From contig CM082597.2 of the NCBI GenBank assembly GCA_040954595.2, positions 700,859 to 764,858 of the forward strand: DNA of 64,000 bases, read 5' to 3'. Positions 39,511 through 52,298 of the stretch are shown piece after piece. The notes beneath the pieces are model-generated. The model was given only the letters and a program-made list of their open reading frames with translations, did no database searches and was not told the DNA's origin. Made by a program: the position numbers and the translations under genes. This DNA is from Balanoglossus misakiensis. Taxonomy: Eukaryota; Animalia; Hemichordata. Within the stretch, counting starts at the first letter, position 1. Each line of letters opens with the position of its first letter.

Positions 39511-40615
39511 CTACAGCTTCAGATACCCCATGCGTGAGCGAAGTCTTTTGTGCTCCATAACTAACAGAGCGCCCCCAACCAACGCCACAGGTAAGGACAA
39601 CCAGGCCAGAATGACAGCGTGACCCGGTTTCTCCTCTAATCCTTTCTTCTCCATTTCTAACGCCATCAGTGACGTGTACATGACGGAGGCAAGTAACACT
39701 GGCACAACTGAAAGAAAAACAGTTGAAAGTTACTCCCTGAAACATCGTCGTAAAACCATGGCAGATGGCTAGCCAGCAAGCCAACCAGACAGACAAACTG
39801 AGGGACGGACAGACAGACGGACGGACAGACAGACAGACAGACAGAAAGAAGAAAATACTAGAAAGTCAATCTATCACTTACTGGTCAACATAATGAGAAT
39901 CCCGGCCACTTTCAGTTTGTTACTGAGAACTTTGACGACATGAGCGATAAGCAGTGTCCACAGTATACACAGAATGAAGAGACTTGCACATATCATGAAG
40001 GCGCGTGCAAAATGAATGTAAGCTGTAATTAAAAAGACAAAAAACATTGTTGTTATCGATTAATAATTACATGTGTTGATCAGCTAAAGACAGAAGAACC
40101 ATAGACATGACCTCATGACCAGATAAAGCAGCCATCGTCATAGACCGAACCGCAAAGCGACTGATACATAAATTACTGTTAACGATTTAACTGATATCGT
40201 TGTCAGGTTTAGAGCGCATGATACAAAGTCCGGACTTTAATCAAATAAAGCCCATGATAGCTTCATTGCTGTCTTTTATCTGTGGATCTCAGGCATGTGT
40301 TATTTGTTGGAATACGTAAACGAAAATCCTGACCAATATTTGAACCTTACAAGAGACGCCATCTTACATTAACTGAAATATAGCACAGGGATTGTGAATA
40401 TAGTAATTACCTTCAACGCCAACCATTAGAATGTTTTGACAGATTACAGTCTCACCAACCGAGTCACATTTGTACCACAGACCGCCATGCGAGTACTTAT
40501 CGTCTACAACTTCGTGCCAATAGGGTGACACCGTACTATACACGTACATCACGGCTGCAATCAGCGATACAAACCATCCGAAAAGCCACATGTAGGTTCT
40601 CTCGAGATCAGCCAT
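39511..40615 (-). CDS. Claudin/PMP22/EMP/LIM2-superfamily tetraspan protein; 3 exons (about 40615-40411, 40023-39882, 39709-39511)
   Basis: TM1 + W...GLWYKC...C; exon 2 YIHFARAFMICASLF...; exon 3 with TM3/TM4, GHAVILAWLSLPVALVGG. Confidence 0.85.
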
Positions 40616-40903
40616 GGTGAAAATCACGGTTGAAAAGTTAAACTCACGATACCATTTTACGCGCGCGTCATCAGAGGTAACAAGTGTCGTCGCCTGCACC
40701 GTCCCAGCGTTTCACCTAAAATGACCTGCTGAAGAATTCAGGTAGGAGATAACTGGGCCAAAGTGCGAGATAACATGGCTTGGGAAACAACTAATTTATC
40801 ATCATCATTTTATTTCAGCATACCATACGTACCATAATAAATGTACAATTCCATCGTGAAAAAAGTAAAACGGGTTAAAACAAACATTATAGACTTGAAA
40901 AAA

Positions 40904-40904
<1 letters not shown>

Positions 40905-40945
<41 letters not shown>

Positions 40946-40974
40946 CCAACCAACCAACCAACCAACCAACCAAC
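40905..40974. repeat. (ATCA)n(ACCA)n compound microsatellite
   Basis: Read directly from the sequence. Confidence 0.95.
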
Positions 40975-41175
40975 ATCACTCGCCTTTGAAATAGAAAGTC
41001 TGCCTATGCATTGATGGTTATGTAATATAATTTTTTCCATGGAAGGAAAGTCATCTATGCTAATAATAATTTTTGTTAAAATATTTTGAAATTCTTGTAA
41101 TGATTACTATAGTCATGGAAAAAAATCCGTTGATAGTATCCGTTCTTATGACGTTCAGGGGATGACGTCACAAGA

Positions 41176-44100
41176 TCAGGGGTCATATGCCATGTGTTTT
41201 CCACGTTGTGACACAGGACCATAGCCTGCTTCCTTACGAAACTTGTTAATGGCGGGACCCCAGTCGCTGGTTGCGCTCACGGAATTTGCCAACCTCTGTA
41301 ACGACAGAGTTCAACAGAAAGAAGATATCAAAACCGAATCTCTTATTCATGTATTTAACGATTCGGATTTGAAGATTAACTGTTTATATTTCTAAATTAA
41401 TTTCCTCACAAAAGTCCTACCTGCCAAAGAGGTCCGGTTTCCTTACAGATCAAATGGTAGGGTATGTATAAAACGAACGCTGATAAGGATGAAAACGTCA
41501 TCAGCCAACCTAGGATAATGGCCCAATCAGGATACGTGTAGCGGCCCAGCGTTGGGGGTTTGTATTCAACCCAGTAAAACGCAAAAATCAACTGCAATAA
41601 ATAAATAAAGACAAAATAGATGGTGACGCGAATGATTATATAAATATATATATAGGAAGATGACGGTTCTTTATGACAAAATATCAACACTGATAGGATT
41701 GATTATTTCTATACTCACGGCCAGAACGACAGGAACGGCAAAAAGAGGTGCCAAAAATACCACAATCAGCATCATCTTAAACCATCGTGAATGATGTCCT
41801 ATCATTGCTTGTACGTCCTTGAGGAAGCGAGATATTCCTAGAAGAGAAGAGGATTTTTTATCGGTGTGGTGGAATCATTCACAACAAGAAAGTTCTCAAA
41901 CACCAGAATTATCACACCTATATGGACCATTATAAAGGGAAATGGAGATGAAAAGGTTACAACTCGATTTATGAAGATGTATATACAGGAATACTTACCA
42001 TAGAAGATAATAACTACAAGACATTCAATGATTCCAATAATCATTGGTAGAAACGGTATCGCATAGGCATCCGCCAAATTGACCCAATATATGCCTGCCT
42101 TTTGAGGAAAAGAATAAGACTAGATATGTAACATACATAGGCATAGATACATAGATACATAGATACATACATACATAGATACATACATAGATACATACAT
42201 AGATACATACATAGATACATAGATACATAGATACATACATACATACATACATACATACATACATACATACATACATACATACATACATACATACATACAT
42301 ACATACATACATACATACATACATACATACATACATACATACATACATACATACATACATACATACATACATACATACATACATACATACATACATACAT
42401 ACATACATACATACATACATACATACCTGTGTCACGTGAGGTAAACCAAGCAGAAACGTTGCAATGCAGAACAACATTGGCACGACCCTCTTCCAAAACG
42501 TCCTTCTCCGAGACATAAATTTGATCTCGTCCAGAAATGCCGTCGTCACTGTTTCCACAATAACAAACTGTGGACGTAATAGACGGAGAAGTTAAGATTG
42601 GCTGGTATGTATTCAAACATGTTATTGGAACTTTCATTAACAAAACAGAAAGGCCAGTCAGACATAAGAAAAGCATGTACAGGTACATACCAGACTATCT
42701 ACGCCCAAAGTGATCAAGGCGAGGAAGAAGACAGCAGAGAAGAACGGAGACGCCGGCAGGGTAGACAGGATTGCTGGGTAGACATCAAATGCAAGGCCAG
42801 GTCCACCAACAGCCACTTCTTCGATATTCTTTCCCAGTTTATGCGCCATGTGTCCAATCATCGGGAAAATGGCAAAGCCGGCAAGAATGCTTGTGAGAGA
42901 ATTCAGGGAAGATACGACAATGGAATCCCTATGGAAAAATCAAAGACACCCATAATGATCAACAAATATTTCTACATGAAGAGACAGACAGACATCCGGC
43001 TAGCCAGCCAGGCAGACAGACATACACAGGAAGACAGACAGACAGAAAGACACCTTACTTGATTTTGTGGGCTTCTCACCTTACTATGTTGTTGTGAAAT
43101 TTATTGTAACTTGCCATAGTGTAAAGTGGCCCAATAGAGACTCCAACCGACAACAATAATTGAGAAGCCGCATCTCTCCATATCTGTACGAACCGAAAAG
43201 ATCATTTTTTTATTATAATATGATTGTTGTTGCTGTCGTTTTCGCAACATTGAATTATGAACCGTATGTGAATTGGAAATCAGCTGTAATATAATAATTC
43301 CGAAACTAAAATGTTGCACACGTCGTGCTTTTACTTACCCCTGCATTTTTGAGCTTAGACCAATCAGCTCTGCCGATGTAAAAATGAATGCCCTCCCAGG
43401 CGCCCTCTAAGGTGCATCCGCGCACAACGAGGATGATAATCAAAATATAAGGAAGAGTAGCCGTGACGTATACAACCTGAAAAAAATGACTTCATTGTAA
43501 AAACTGGCTTGAAAATCTGCACAACAGGATATTCTCAGAAGGAGCCAAGGTACATATATTTGTTTGAAACACAGCGCTAACAAAACATTCCGGGAAACGC
43601 GCGTGTCAGTTTATAACTGACACATACTTTGTCGTTTTCGGCCACCGTATATCTTACCTTACCAGCTGATTTGATCCCATTTACAATACAGAGATAGACA
43701 ATAATCCACGCCAACAGAAGAGAGAGAGCCAGATGCCATCGAATGTGGCCAGTGTCCTCGATACCAGTCGATACGTTTAAAACAAAATTGCTGTGAATCG
43801 AATGAAGATCAATTTCAAAGTGAAATGGAACGAGATTCTTAGGCGACACAGGACAAACAACTCATGACCCATTGACTTGTATTACATGTTCTTGGCGAGT
43901 AACCCGTTACATTGGTTAATTACCAAGTCTCGCGAGATCTCGCAATTAGCGGGAAATTATCTATTATCTGAATAATTAGTCATACTTAAAATATTCAGCA
44001 GATGCCGTGGTTGTTGTGCCGTTCAGTGAATAGGACGTCACAGCTGTGGCGTTTAAGTAATCGATACATCTGTCCGTATTCCAGTAGTGTCCGCATCTTG

Positions 44101-44919
44101 CCCAAGGAACAGAGGGCAGGTCAGAAAACGAGGCAAAAAAGTAGAAGATGGACCATGCAAGAATAACGCAGTAATAGATGGCTCCAAAGAATATACCGAT
44201 CAGCATAGTTATCCCGACTCCTGAGTATGCAAACAAACACAATGATTTATGTATTTATAATTAATTAATTTCATTCATTCATTCATTCATTCATTCATTC
44301 ATTCATTCATTCATTCATTCATTCATTCATTCATTCATTCATTCATTCATTCATTCATTCATTCATTCATTCATTCATTCATTCATTCAAACAACTAACC
44401 TCTGAATAAAGGCGCATAGTTCCAAACTGATACACAACCACTGCTTGAAAATTGTCCAAGTCCAATCTCCAGAAAAAACAACGGCAAAGCTATGACAAAG
44501 AACATCAGGGCGTATGGGATGAGAAATGTCCCTGTGAAGACAAAATATATGTCAATGGCACCAGAGTTCAAACCTAAGCAAGAACTATTTGAATGCTGAG
44601 TGGCGCACATGCCCAAGCACACATTTTCAAGATGGCGACCGATTCAGTTGCGCATGCCCATACACTTTCAAGATGGCGTTCGATTCATTTTGAATGTTAC
44701 AAACAGGACACTTGTGTAGCATAATTTTTACTCGCCTCCTCCATTCTTGAAACACATGTAAGGAAATCTCCATAAATTCCCTAGCCCGACAGCGTAACCT
44801 AAACAGGTCAGCAAAAACTCAGCTTTGTTTGACCAGTTGCCCCTCTCTGGGTTTTCATCGGTCACATCGGCTTGTTTACCCTCTGTCTCATCCATGCATT
44901 CCATTTCCAGCATGGCCAT
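41176..44919 (-). CDS. SLC6 sodium/chloride-dependent amino-acid/neurotransmitter transporter (GlyT/PROT/ATB0,+-like); 12 coding exons
   Basis: [37 protein letters not shown]|TFLIPY...[11 protein letters not shown]...[52 protein letters not shown]. Stop TGA at 41178-41176. Confidence 0.93.
42133..42426. repeat. (TACA)n/(TAGA)n microsatellite filling an SLC6 intron
   Basis: About 290 bp of tetranucleotide repeat; source of the MYVC ORFs. Confidence 0.97.
44270..44388. repeat. (TTCA)n microsatellite in SLC6 intron 2
   Basis: About 30 TTCA units. Confidence 0.97.
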
Positions 44920-46530
44920 TGGTCCATCTTCGTTCTGCGTGGTGGAGATAAATATTCACACATTGTTTACACAGTCTACCGGTTGACTTCGTGCTCGGTT
45001 GCACCTGTACAAACATCACTTTGTGATGAAGCGCTATTTTCCACAGTTGAACACGCCTGAACCTCTTCGTGAGCTCAGCGCCCGCGGAGGAATACATTAA
45101 TGCCTCTCTTCGCACTAGTTTCACGATTTTACTTTCAAACTTATATTGGCCGATAAAACTTGTGTGTTTCTTTTACCATTTTCTACAGATGTGTGACCAT
45201 CTATTGCAATGCTTGTTACATGGACATTTCATACAATGATCTTTTGTTACACCTTTGGACATGCGACAAACTCAATAGAGGGGAAAAAAGAAATAGGTAC
45301 AACGTGAAGCGAAATCAAAGTACGTGTACTCTGAAAAAAGTAGGATTGACAATAAGTAGTTTTAATCAAGGTGCTTTGTAATTGAATCCCTTCCCTGGAC
45401 CTGAATTCACTCCCCAGGGAGCCAAACACTGACATGTCAAAGGTCAGATACAGTCATGAGCGCAACAAGGCGTCTATGGCTACCAGGTGTCAGTTATGTC
45501 TTGCTTCACTTCATATCCAGGTTGTCGTATCAGGTCTGACACTCAGGCTGCTCTGATACGCTTTACACAGGTGAAATCAGATACATGTACTCATGTACCA
45601 AGAGGAGGGGGTGGACTTGACTAGTGCGTTTGCACTATTTTCCAACCTCCTATTCACTTTATGAGTACATTATTCTTGTACTCTATACCATTCAATGTAA
45701 ACATCGGAAGTGAAGTGAATAGATTGAATTGAATTGAATATAAACCGAGGGACAAAGCACCAAACCACGGAGGAACAAGAGATGCGCACACTAGAATCTT
45801 CGAGGAAACTTGGAAAATGTTCGTAAGTCCATTAAGGTAGAAAACTCGAGGAGCGTATACAGCTATATTGCATATGAGTCGTGCATTTGTCCTCTAAATT
45901 GGGAAAAGTGACATTTCTTAAGCTTTTTGAGTTGATGTGGTCATTATCTTAGCTATGACTCACCTTAGACATGATTCACTCCCTGGTTACAGTTGTGTAG
46001 TTGGTGTTGGGGACACTGGATCCTGTGTGAGCTTCACAGAATAAGTTGAGTAGTACAAAAAGCAACTATTTGTGTGTATTGTGATGCAGGGACGATAATA
46101 TGAATATGTTAATGCGTCTGCATTCCTCGAGAAAAATATTTCAATGGACTCGTCCGGATGACCTCATTTGTATGATAGATTCTGTTCAACACCTGTATTC
46201 ACATTTACTGACCCGGTAATACCACAACAAAGAGTTTCTGCAGTTTGCTTCTTGAAGGGACAAAGTCGTTAACTTTTGACATTGCTATTTTTCGAGAGGC
46301 TACATCTACTTATGTTGACATATTCACAAACCGTAGCGCATAGAAAAATAGATGATTTACCTATCTCGCGAGACTTGGTACAATACCCATATCAACGGGT
46401 TGACATCAAGTACAATTCAACGATTGCATGAAATTTTTGTAGAAGTTGTCTTTATTATTCGCACTGAAAACAACTCCACAAAACCATAGCTGATGATTGT
46501 CACGTGAGTAACCATCGGACAACGTTAACA

Positions 46531-47866
46531 TCATTTATGAATAATATTAAAATCGATTGTCAGATCTTTGCTAAGGTCTTGAAGTTGGTCTGCTCCCGTT
46601 ACATTTACATATCCTAATAGTTCCATAGCGCGTGTGCACTTCCCCTGAACAGCCTCCAACTGTTTCATCGTTACTTGCTTCCTCCAGTAGTCAACTACCA
46701 ATTTTGAATTCTTGGTCGTGGAGAATTTGAGTAATGTATTCGAGGGCGTGTTGTTGGAAGTCCATTGGACAATGTTTTCATCCGCGTGTAATCCCAAAAA
46801 GTTGTAAATTCTTTCCATTTCTTGAAAAGTGTGTTTGGCCACATCCTCGTACCGGAGGACTCTATACTTTCCACTAAACAAATCTGAATTTCGCGCGACA
46901 AGCAAGTTTTTCTCCAAATCCCGACAGTACTGTAAGATTTCGTCATCACCTCCTCTTCGCTTGAAATCTTTGTTCGTCATTTTCAACGCGCTCCTAGAAT
47001 TAAACACCGCCCTTGGGTCACGAACGAGGTGAAGGATACGTACATTCAAGCTGGAGTCGATCAAAAATGATCTTAGCAAGTTTATATCATAAATGCGTAT
47101 TATCTTCACAGCAATATGGCGACGAGTTTTGCAAATATTGGCCAGAGTATTTTTAATTTTGCGTTTTTTCTTGGGAAACTTCTCCGTTGTGTGCCTGTTT
47201 TTGCAGAAATCGGCAAATGAAATCGCCTTGGCAAAGTTGCAGTTCGTTTGAACGTTGAGTTGCCATTTCTCAGGTAGGTTGTTGAAGTCACAGCGAAATA
47301 TTGAATTCAGGGAGTCAATGGACATGCTGTCGAAGAGGTAATTGGATAGGTTGCCTTCCATGACGGAGTGAGTGTAGATTTCTATTGGTTCAAACATATA
47401 GAAGAAATCACTGTTCCGGTTGAACAATTCTCCGACGAATGATGAACCTGTGCGTTTGCTGGCGAAGATGATTACCTGGACGGAAGCGTTACTTGTTGCC
47501 ATGGTTTCAGGTACTGGTAACAGAGAGTGTCTTTTAGAAAGAAGCTCTTTCTGCAACTCGTGGGTGCAGTCATCGGGTTGTAGCAACAGCACTGCAAAAT
47601 ATAACAGAAGTCGTATAAGAATCAGACCGTATGTACCTCCACACCCGGGGCTGGAGGTACAGAGCGCCCTCAAACGACTGTACCTTACAGTCGAATGACG
47701 CAGATTACTGTTCGCGGTTGCCAGTGACAACCCCACGTCTTATTTGTAAAATGACAAATCATTCTGATAGTTAGTTCACCAAAGGAAACGCACCTCGTAT
47801 GTTGAACAGAGTGAGTCCTAATATTGTGGTGAAAGTTACTAGACGGAGAGAGGTCAACCGAACCAT
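46531..47866 (-). CDS. Golgi carbohydrate 6-O-sulfotransferase (CHST1/3/5-like); exons 47866-47794 and 47591-46531
   Basis: 5'-PSB motif KRTGSSFVGELF, FEP, 3'-PB motif LVRDPRAV..SR, RYED. Exon 1 MVRLTSLRLVTFTTILGLTLFNIR supplies a type II anchor through a phase-1 intron (G|GTGCGT...TTTTGCAG|TG). Confidence 0.88.
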
Positions 47867-49312
47867 TGCATCGACACCGTCCGTTCTTCAATGAAACACC
47901 TGTGTAAAAACAGAAAGTCTGTACATCACTGTGGCTGCAGGCTGTTATAATTTCAATGTGAATGACAGTTTACATACTCTGTACGACAGACAGTGAAGCA
48001 GGCAGGTAGATAGACAGACATATCCACTAATGTACACATTATAACACTACTGGCCACTGTACAATTGTCGCCCTTCTATTTTCACATGGATGACGTACAG
48101 ATGTATACTTGGTCAGACGTCGTGACCAAAAAACCTCCATCAGTGGGCCAATCTAGATTAACTAACCTGAACATAACCGAATAAAGAATACTGTAGCCAC
48201 ACACACACGGATCGACAGCAGCTTGAAGACTGCTAACAACAATATTCGCTTTGCGAAGAAAGAAAACAAAGGTTTAGAAAGAGAATGGCTGTCATGATTA
48301 CGTAACACAGTAGAGGCGATATCACTTTCAAAGGTGATTGAGTCAAAAGGCTCAGAGTTGAAATTCACGATGCGCGAGGGCGCTAGACTTACGAAAAGGA
48401 TGTACATGTACTTTGCACATACCTCTGTCGGCCAGCAACTCACCAAATCAACCTATTGACATGTTTGGCCACTTCACTGGGTTCAAGGAACGGTGCAATA
48501 AAATTTGCGAACGTGGGCCGCTCGTCATCTTCAAGTGATCTCTGCACATGTAGCCCTGGTCTAGAGAAAGACTTTTGACTTTCTATCACTTTTTCCAGCC
48601 AGGTCATTGGAAGAACAGACGTGTAAAGCTTACATGGCAACGAAATAAGGTCCATCAGATAAGAAGTGTGACACGTTTTTGATATTAACAGAATTAAAAT
48701 ATCATCTGTTGTGGACATTTTAAGATAAATAATTTTCCCACAAACGGTTCAGATCCACGTGGTTCTGGAGTCAGACCTGCCCAGTGTACTACTAGTATCC
48801 TCTCTCCAATACTACCCGGTTAATACACCAGAAGGTCCCGTCATCTTGATTTGCTTGGCTTGTGAGCGTCACAACCCTGCCTGGGCTACCCATACAGATA
48901 CATCAGTAAGTTTTTCCACCGACTGAAATTGCAATTGCAGTCGTGTAAGCTTTCCTGGAATGTACCTCTCATTCATATATCGGAGAAACTACCAAGTACG
49001 AAGCAGGACGTCAACACAAAAATTCCATATGGTCAGGTCATTCCAGGAGTCAGTTGCTCGTTCTAGCAACAATTCGTTGCGGTTATAGGTCTAGAAATAC
49101 GAGAGTGCTTTAGTTCCAAGTTGCAACAAACAGGCGTTCCAGAAATAAAGGAAATCGAACTACACGATGTACATAAATTTTCCTATAAATCTTTGTTCAG
49201 TGGTTGGTCGTTGTTCACTCTTTTTGGTCACTTGAAGATTATTATAAGTCACAAATGAGATCTCTTTTACTTTTGTTGGTTTCCATTTTATTGCGTTTTC
49301 AGATCGATTTCA

Positions 49313-49867
49313 ATGGCACGACCAGAGATAACTATAATTTCTGGCCTGTTGGTCCTGACTGTTCTGAACGTCGGTCTGGCTGATGTCGATATCGACACCG
49401 AAACATGTGACGCCAGCTGTAACAAATACAGTAAGTCAGCCAACGAACAGCAATCAGCATTCTATGTGTCGTTGGATCAACACATCATGAAAACCAAGTC
49501 CCAAACTCGTCTCAAGTTCGACGAAGTTGCGCTCAATATCGGCGAGCATTGGGATGAAGAGAATAGCGTCTTCAAGTGTGAAATCCCAGGTGTCTATGTA
49601 TTCACCTTGAACTTGATGAAGATGGGCGACTGTCCGAGCGCTACTGGTTTCATCACCATTAGCGACAGCACTCTTAAACCCAAGAAGCAAGACATCAGTG
49701 CGTACACACACAGCGAGATGTACTCCACTGGTAGCAGTTACAGAATCTTGCAACTGAAAAAGGGTGACGTGATCTATGTGACAATAACTGGTGGTTCTTG
49801 TGTATTTGGCAGTAATGTCAGATACACAAATTTCAGTGGTCATCTTTTATATCCAGATGACCAGTAA
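49313..49867 (+). CDS. Secreted globular C1q-domain protein (cerebellin/C1qDC-like, no collagen region)
   Basis: Signal peptide; AFYV, KFDEVALNIG, FKCEIPGVYVF, LQLKKGDVIYV and FSGHLLYPD are gC1q signatures. Confidence 0.92.
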   Translation: MARPEITIISGLLVLTVLNVGLADVDIDTETCDASCNKYSKSANEQQSAFYVSLDQHIMKTKSQTRLKFDEVALNIGEHWDEENSVFKCEIPGVYVFTLNLMKMGDCPSATGFITISDSTLKPKKQDISAYTHSEMYSTGSSYRILQLKKGDVIYVTITGGSCVFGSNVRYTNFSGHLLYPDDQ

Positions 49868-50138
49868 TAATCCAGCCAGTATTATCTGGCCAGAATGTAT
49901 CGAGTTTATATCATGTAGTCAGCACATGTAGACAATACAGAAATGTCCTTTTTGTTATTTTTGAGTTTATTTGTAAACCCAATCATCTAGTTTTCAATTA
50001 TATTATACAATGCTACCGTCTGCCATTCTGATTGGCCGAGAGCTCAATCAAGTGATGGTAAATTACTTGGAAGACAATGATTTCTGGAAAATTGAAGTGA
50101 TGTGTAAATATAACTTGTCAGCTGCTCCAGTAATTTAT

Positions 50139-52298
50139 TTACTTCTCTGTGAGATCTTGCACACAATAAAGATCATGCCTCTTTTGTTGTTGGACTGGTA
50201 TCTGCTGTCTCACTTCATTCTCGTACTTTAGATCGATTTCTGCGTAGACTATCTTCTCTTCATGCTCTGCCTTGGCGATGACTGCCCCCCTGTGTTGAGA
50301 AAGTGCCAGGATTACAACACAACCATTGAGACTAAAACATTTAATTGGAATGAAGTCAGTGGTTTTGTTAACTGTGGTATCCAGGTAAATGTTACAATGA
50401 TTCCCCACTAGGAATAAAAAGCCAATCTGATATTGTACAAAACAAGGCAAAAAATTACCATGGGTTGACAACTGTACTGTGACCCCAAGTGACATAGGAT
50501 GCTTGTTCATCTCTGGCTGGTGATACCGTGGCAACGTACATTTGGTTGTCCAATGCTCTGCAGAGAATACAGAAAATATAATTGGTAGAATCTCTACAAC
50601 TGTGTGGAGTGTCCGTCAATGTGATCCATAGTAAATTCTCTAAGAGACTCTAGACTATGCTTACCTGGCTCTCTGCAGGAGTTCCCAATGGGCTGGACCA
50701 GTTGTCATATTAAATGCACCAGGATAGAATAACAACTGACAGCCTATACATTACAGACAAACAGAAGACAACAGACATAGACAGACATGTGACTGTCAAT
50801 AGGTACAATGGTAAAGCAAGTCAACAGTTCACTGAAGAATTGGCGAATCGATGACCACTACTAGTTTTGTTGAACAGTCTATGGGAAATGTTACAAATTC
50901 CAATTTTAAACTGAAGTACATTACAGGTTTATTAAGAGTAGACACACTGTCTGCATTCATGCTGATATATTTTGTTGACTGATGTCAATTCTTACCTTTC
51001 TTGTTGTAAATCTGAGCCAGCTCAGGAAATCTCATGTCATAGCAGATAGCAACACCAAATTTACAAAATCCTGCCAAAGAATCAAGCACCTAATGATCAG
51101 TAAATCACTAAATGTTGGTCACATTGCTGCTGATAGCTTACAACTTGGAAGAGTTTCAGAAGAAGTACATTAGCCCTTTCACTACATAATGGAAACCAGA
51201 GTTGTCGATGCCAGAATTCTCATTAATCTCCATGACAAACACATTCATTGATCCTGTCATACCTGTATCAATGACAGCCAGAGTGTTGCCTGCTGATAGA
51301 GCATCAGATTCCTTGAATGTCATTTTACCAGGCACATCAATGTCAAATAAATGAATCTAGAAGTAAACACACAGAGAGCCAACAATGTGCCGTCAATGAC
51401 AACAAGGCTTGCATATCAGAACATATAAGGTAAGTTTTATTTGTGATGTATAATTTACCTTTCTGAACTTTGCTATCATCAAGCCCTGTGGGTTGTACAC
51501 TGTGCAAGTATTATACAGTTTACCACTATCCTCTTCTGGGATTGAACCTGAAAATGGCACAGAATATTGAAGTGTGAGCCAAAATCTGAGTTTTCATACA
51601 ACTATGCAATGCACCTGGTGTTTCCTTTGGTAACTAAGCAACAGGTATACTTGCCTCCAATGAGGAAGATCGCATTCTCTTTGGCTGCTTTTGACAACAC
51701 TTCCGTTGTTTGTCCTGGGATTTTCTCAGCATATTCTGGAAAATATTTTGTCCCATATGGGCTGTTGAAACACTCCTGGTGAGGAGGGATGAATTTAGTA
51801 CAAAATATCAATGACCAGAGAAATGGTGCCAATCATTATATATATTAATTCAAGTCCGTATTGCATGGAACGAAAGAGAAAATATATTCAGACATATACC
51901 CACTGGTAAAGACACTATTTTGGCACCATTCTGAGCTGCCTCGTTGATCAGCTTGGAAGCTCTAGCTAAATTCTCGATTTTATTTGCTGTCACAGCAAGC
52001 TGCACGAGGCCAATCCTGAAAGCTAAAAGGAGAAAAGAAAGACCACTTTATCCATAATACCATAGTACCAAGAAGGTGTCCGGTTTATGGTTACTATGTC
52101 CGGGTTCGGAGGCAAGCTGCAATGAATGCTGTATTCTGGTTTTATGGGAATTATGATGCGCCTGTAACGATGCTAGCCTTAATGTTTACCCCTTTCCAGT
52201 CCCCTACGTCGTGTAATTTTGTGCATAGGGGCACGGCACTGCAAGTTAACCAACGTCGTAACTTTGTTTACATCACACACCCACCTACCTGACGCCAT
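50139..52298 (-). CDS. NIT2: Omega-amidase NIT2 (nitrilase superfamily); 9 coding exons
   Basis: MAS|[11 protein letters not shown]|ECFNSPYG (catalytic E), RK|[11 protein letters not shown] (K), [10 protein letters not shown] (C), [46 protein letters not shown]. Confidence 0.93.

Noticed and set aside
42025-42688. MYVC-repeat ORFs
   Set aside because: Translations of the (TACA)n microsatellite.
47592-47736. GTG-initiated N-terminus of the sulfotransferase ORF
   Set aside because: Better explained as intron; an upstream ATG exon (47866-47794) gives an in-frame type II anchor.
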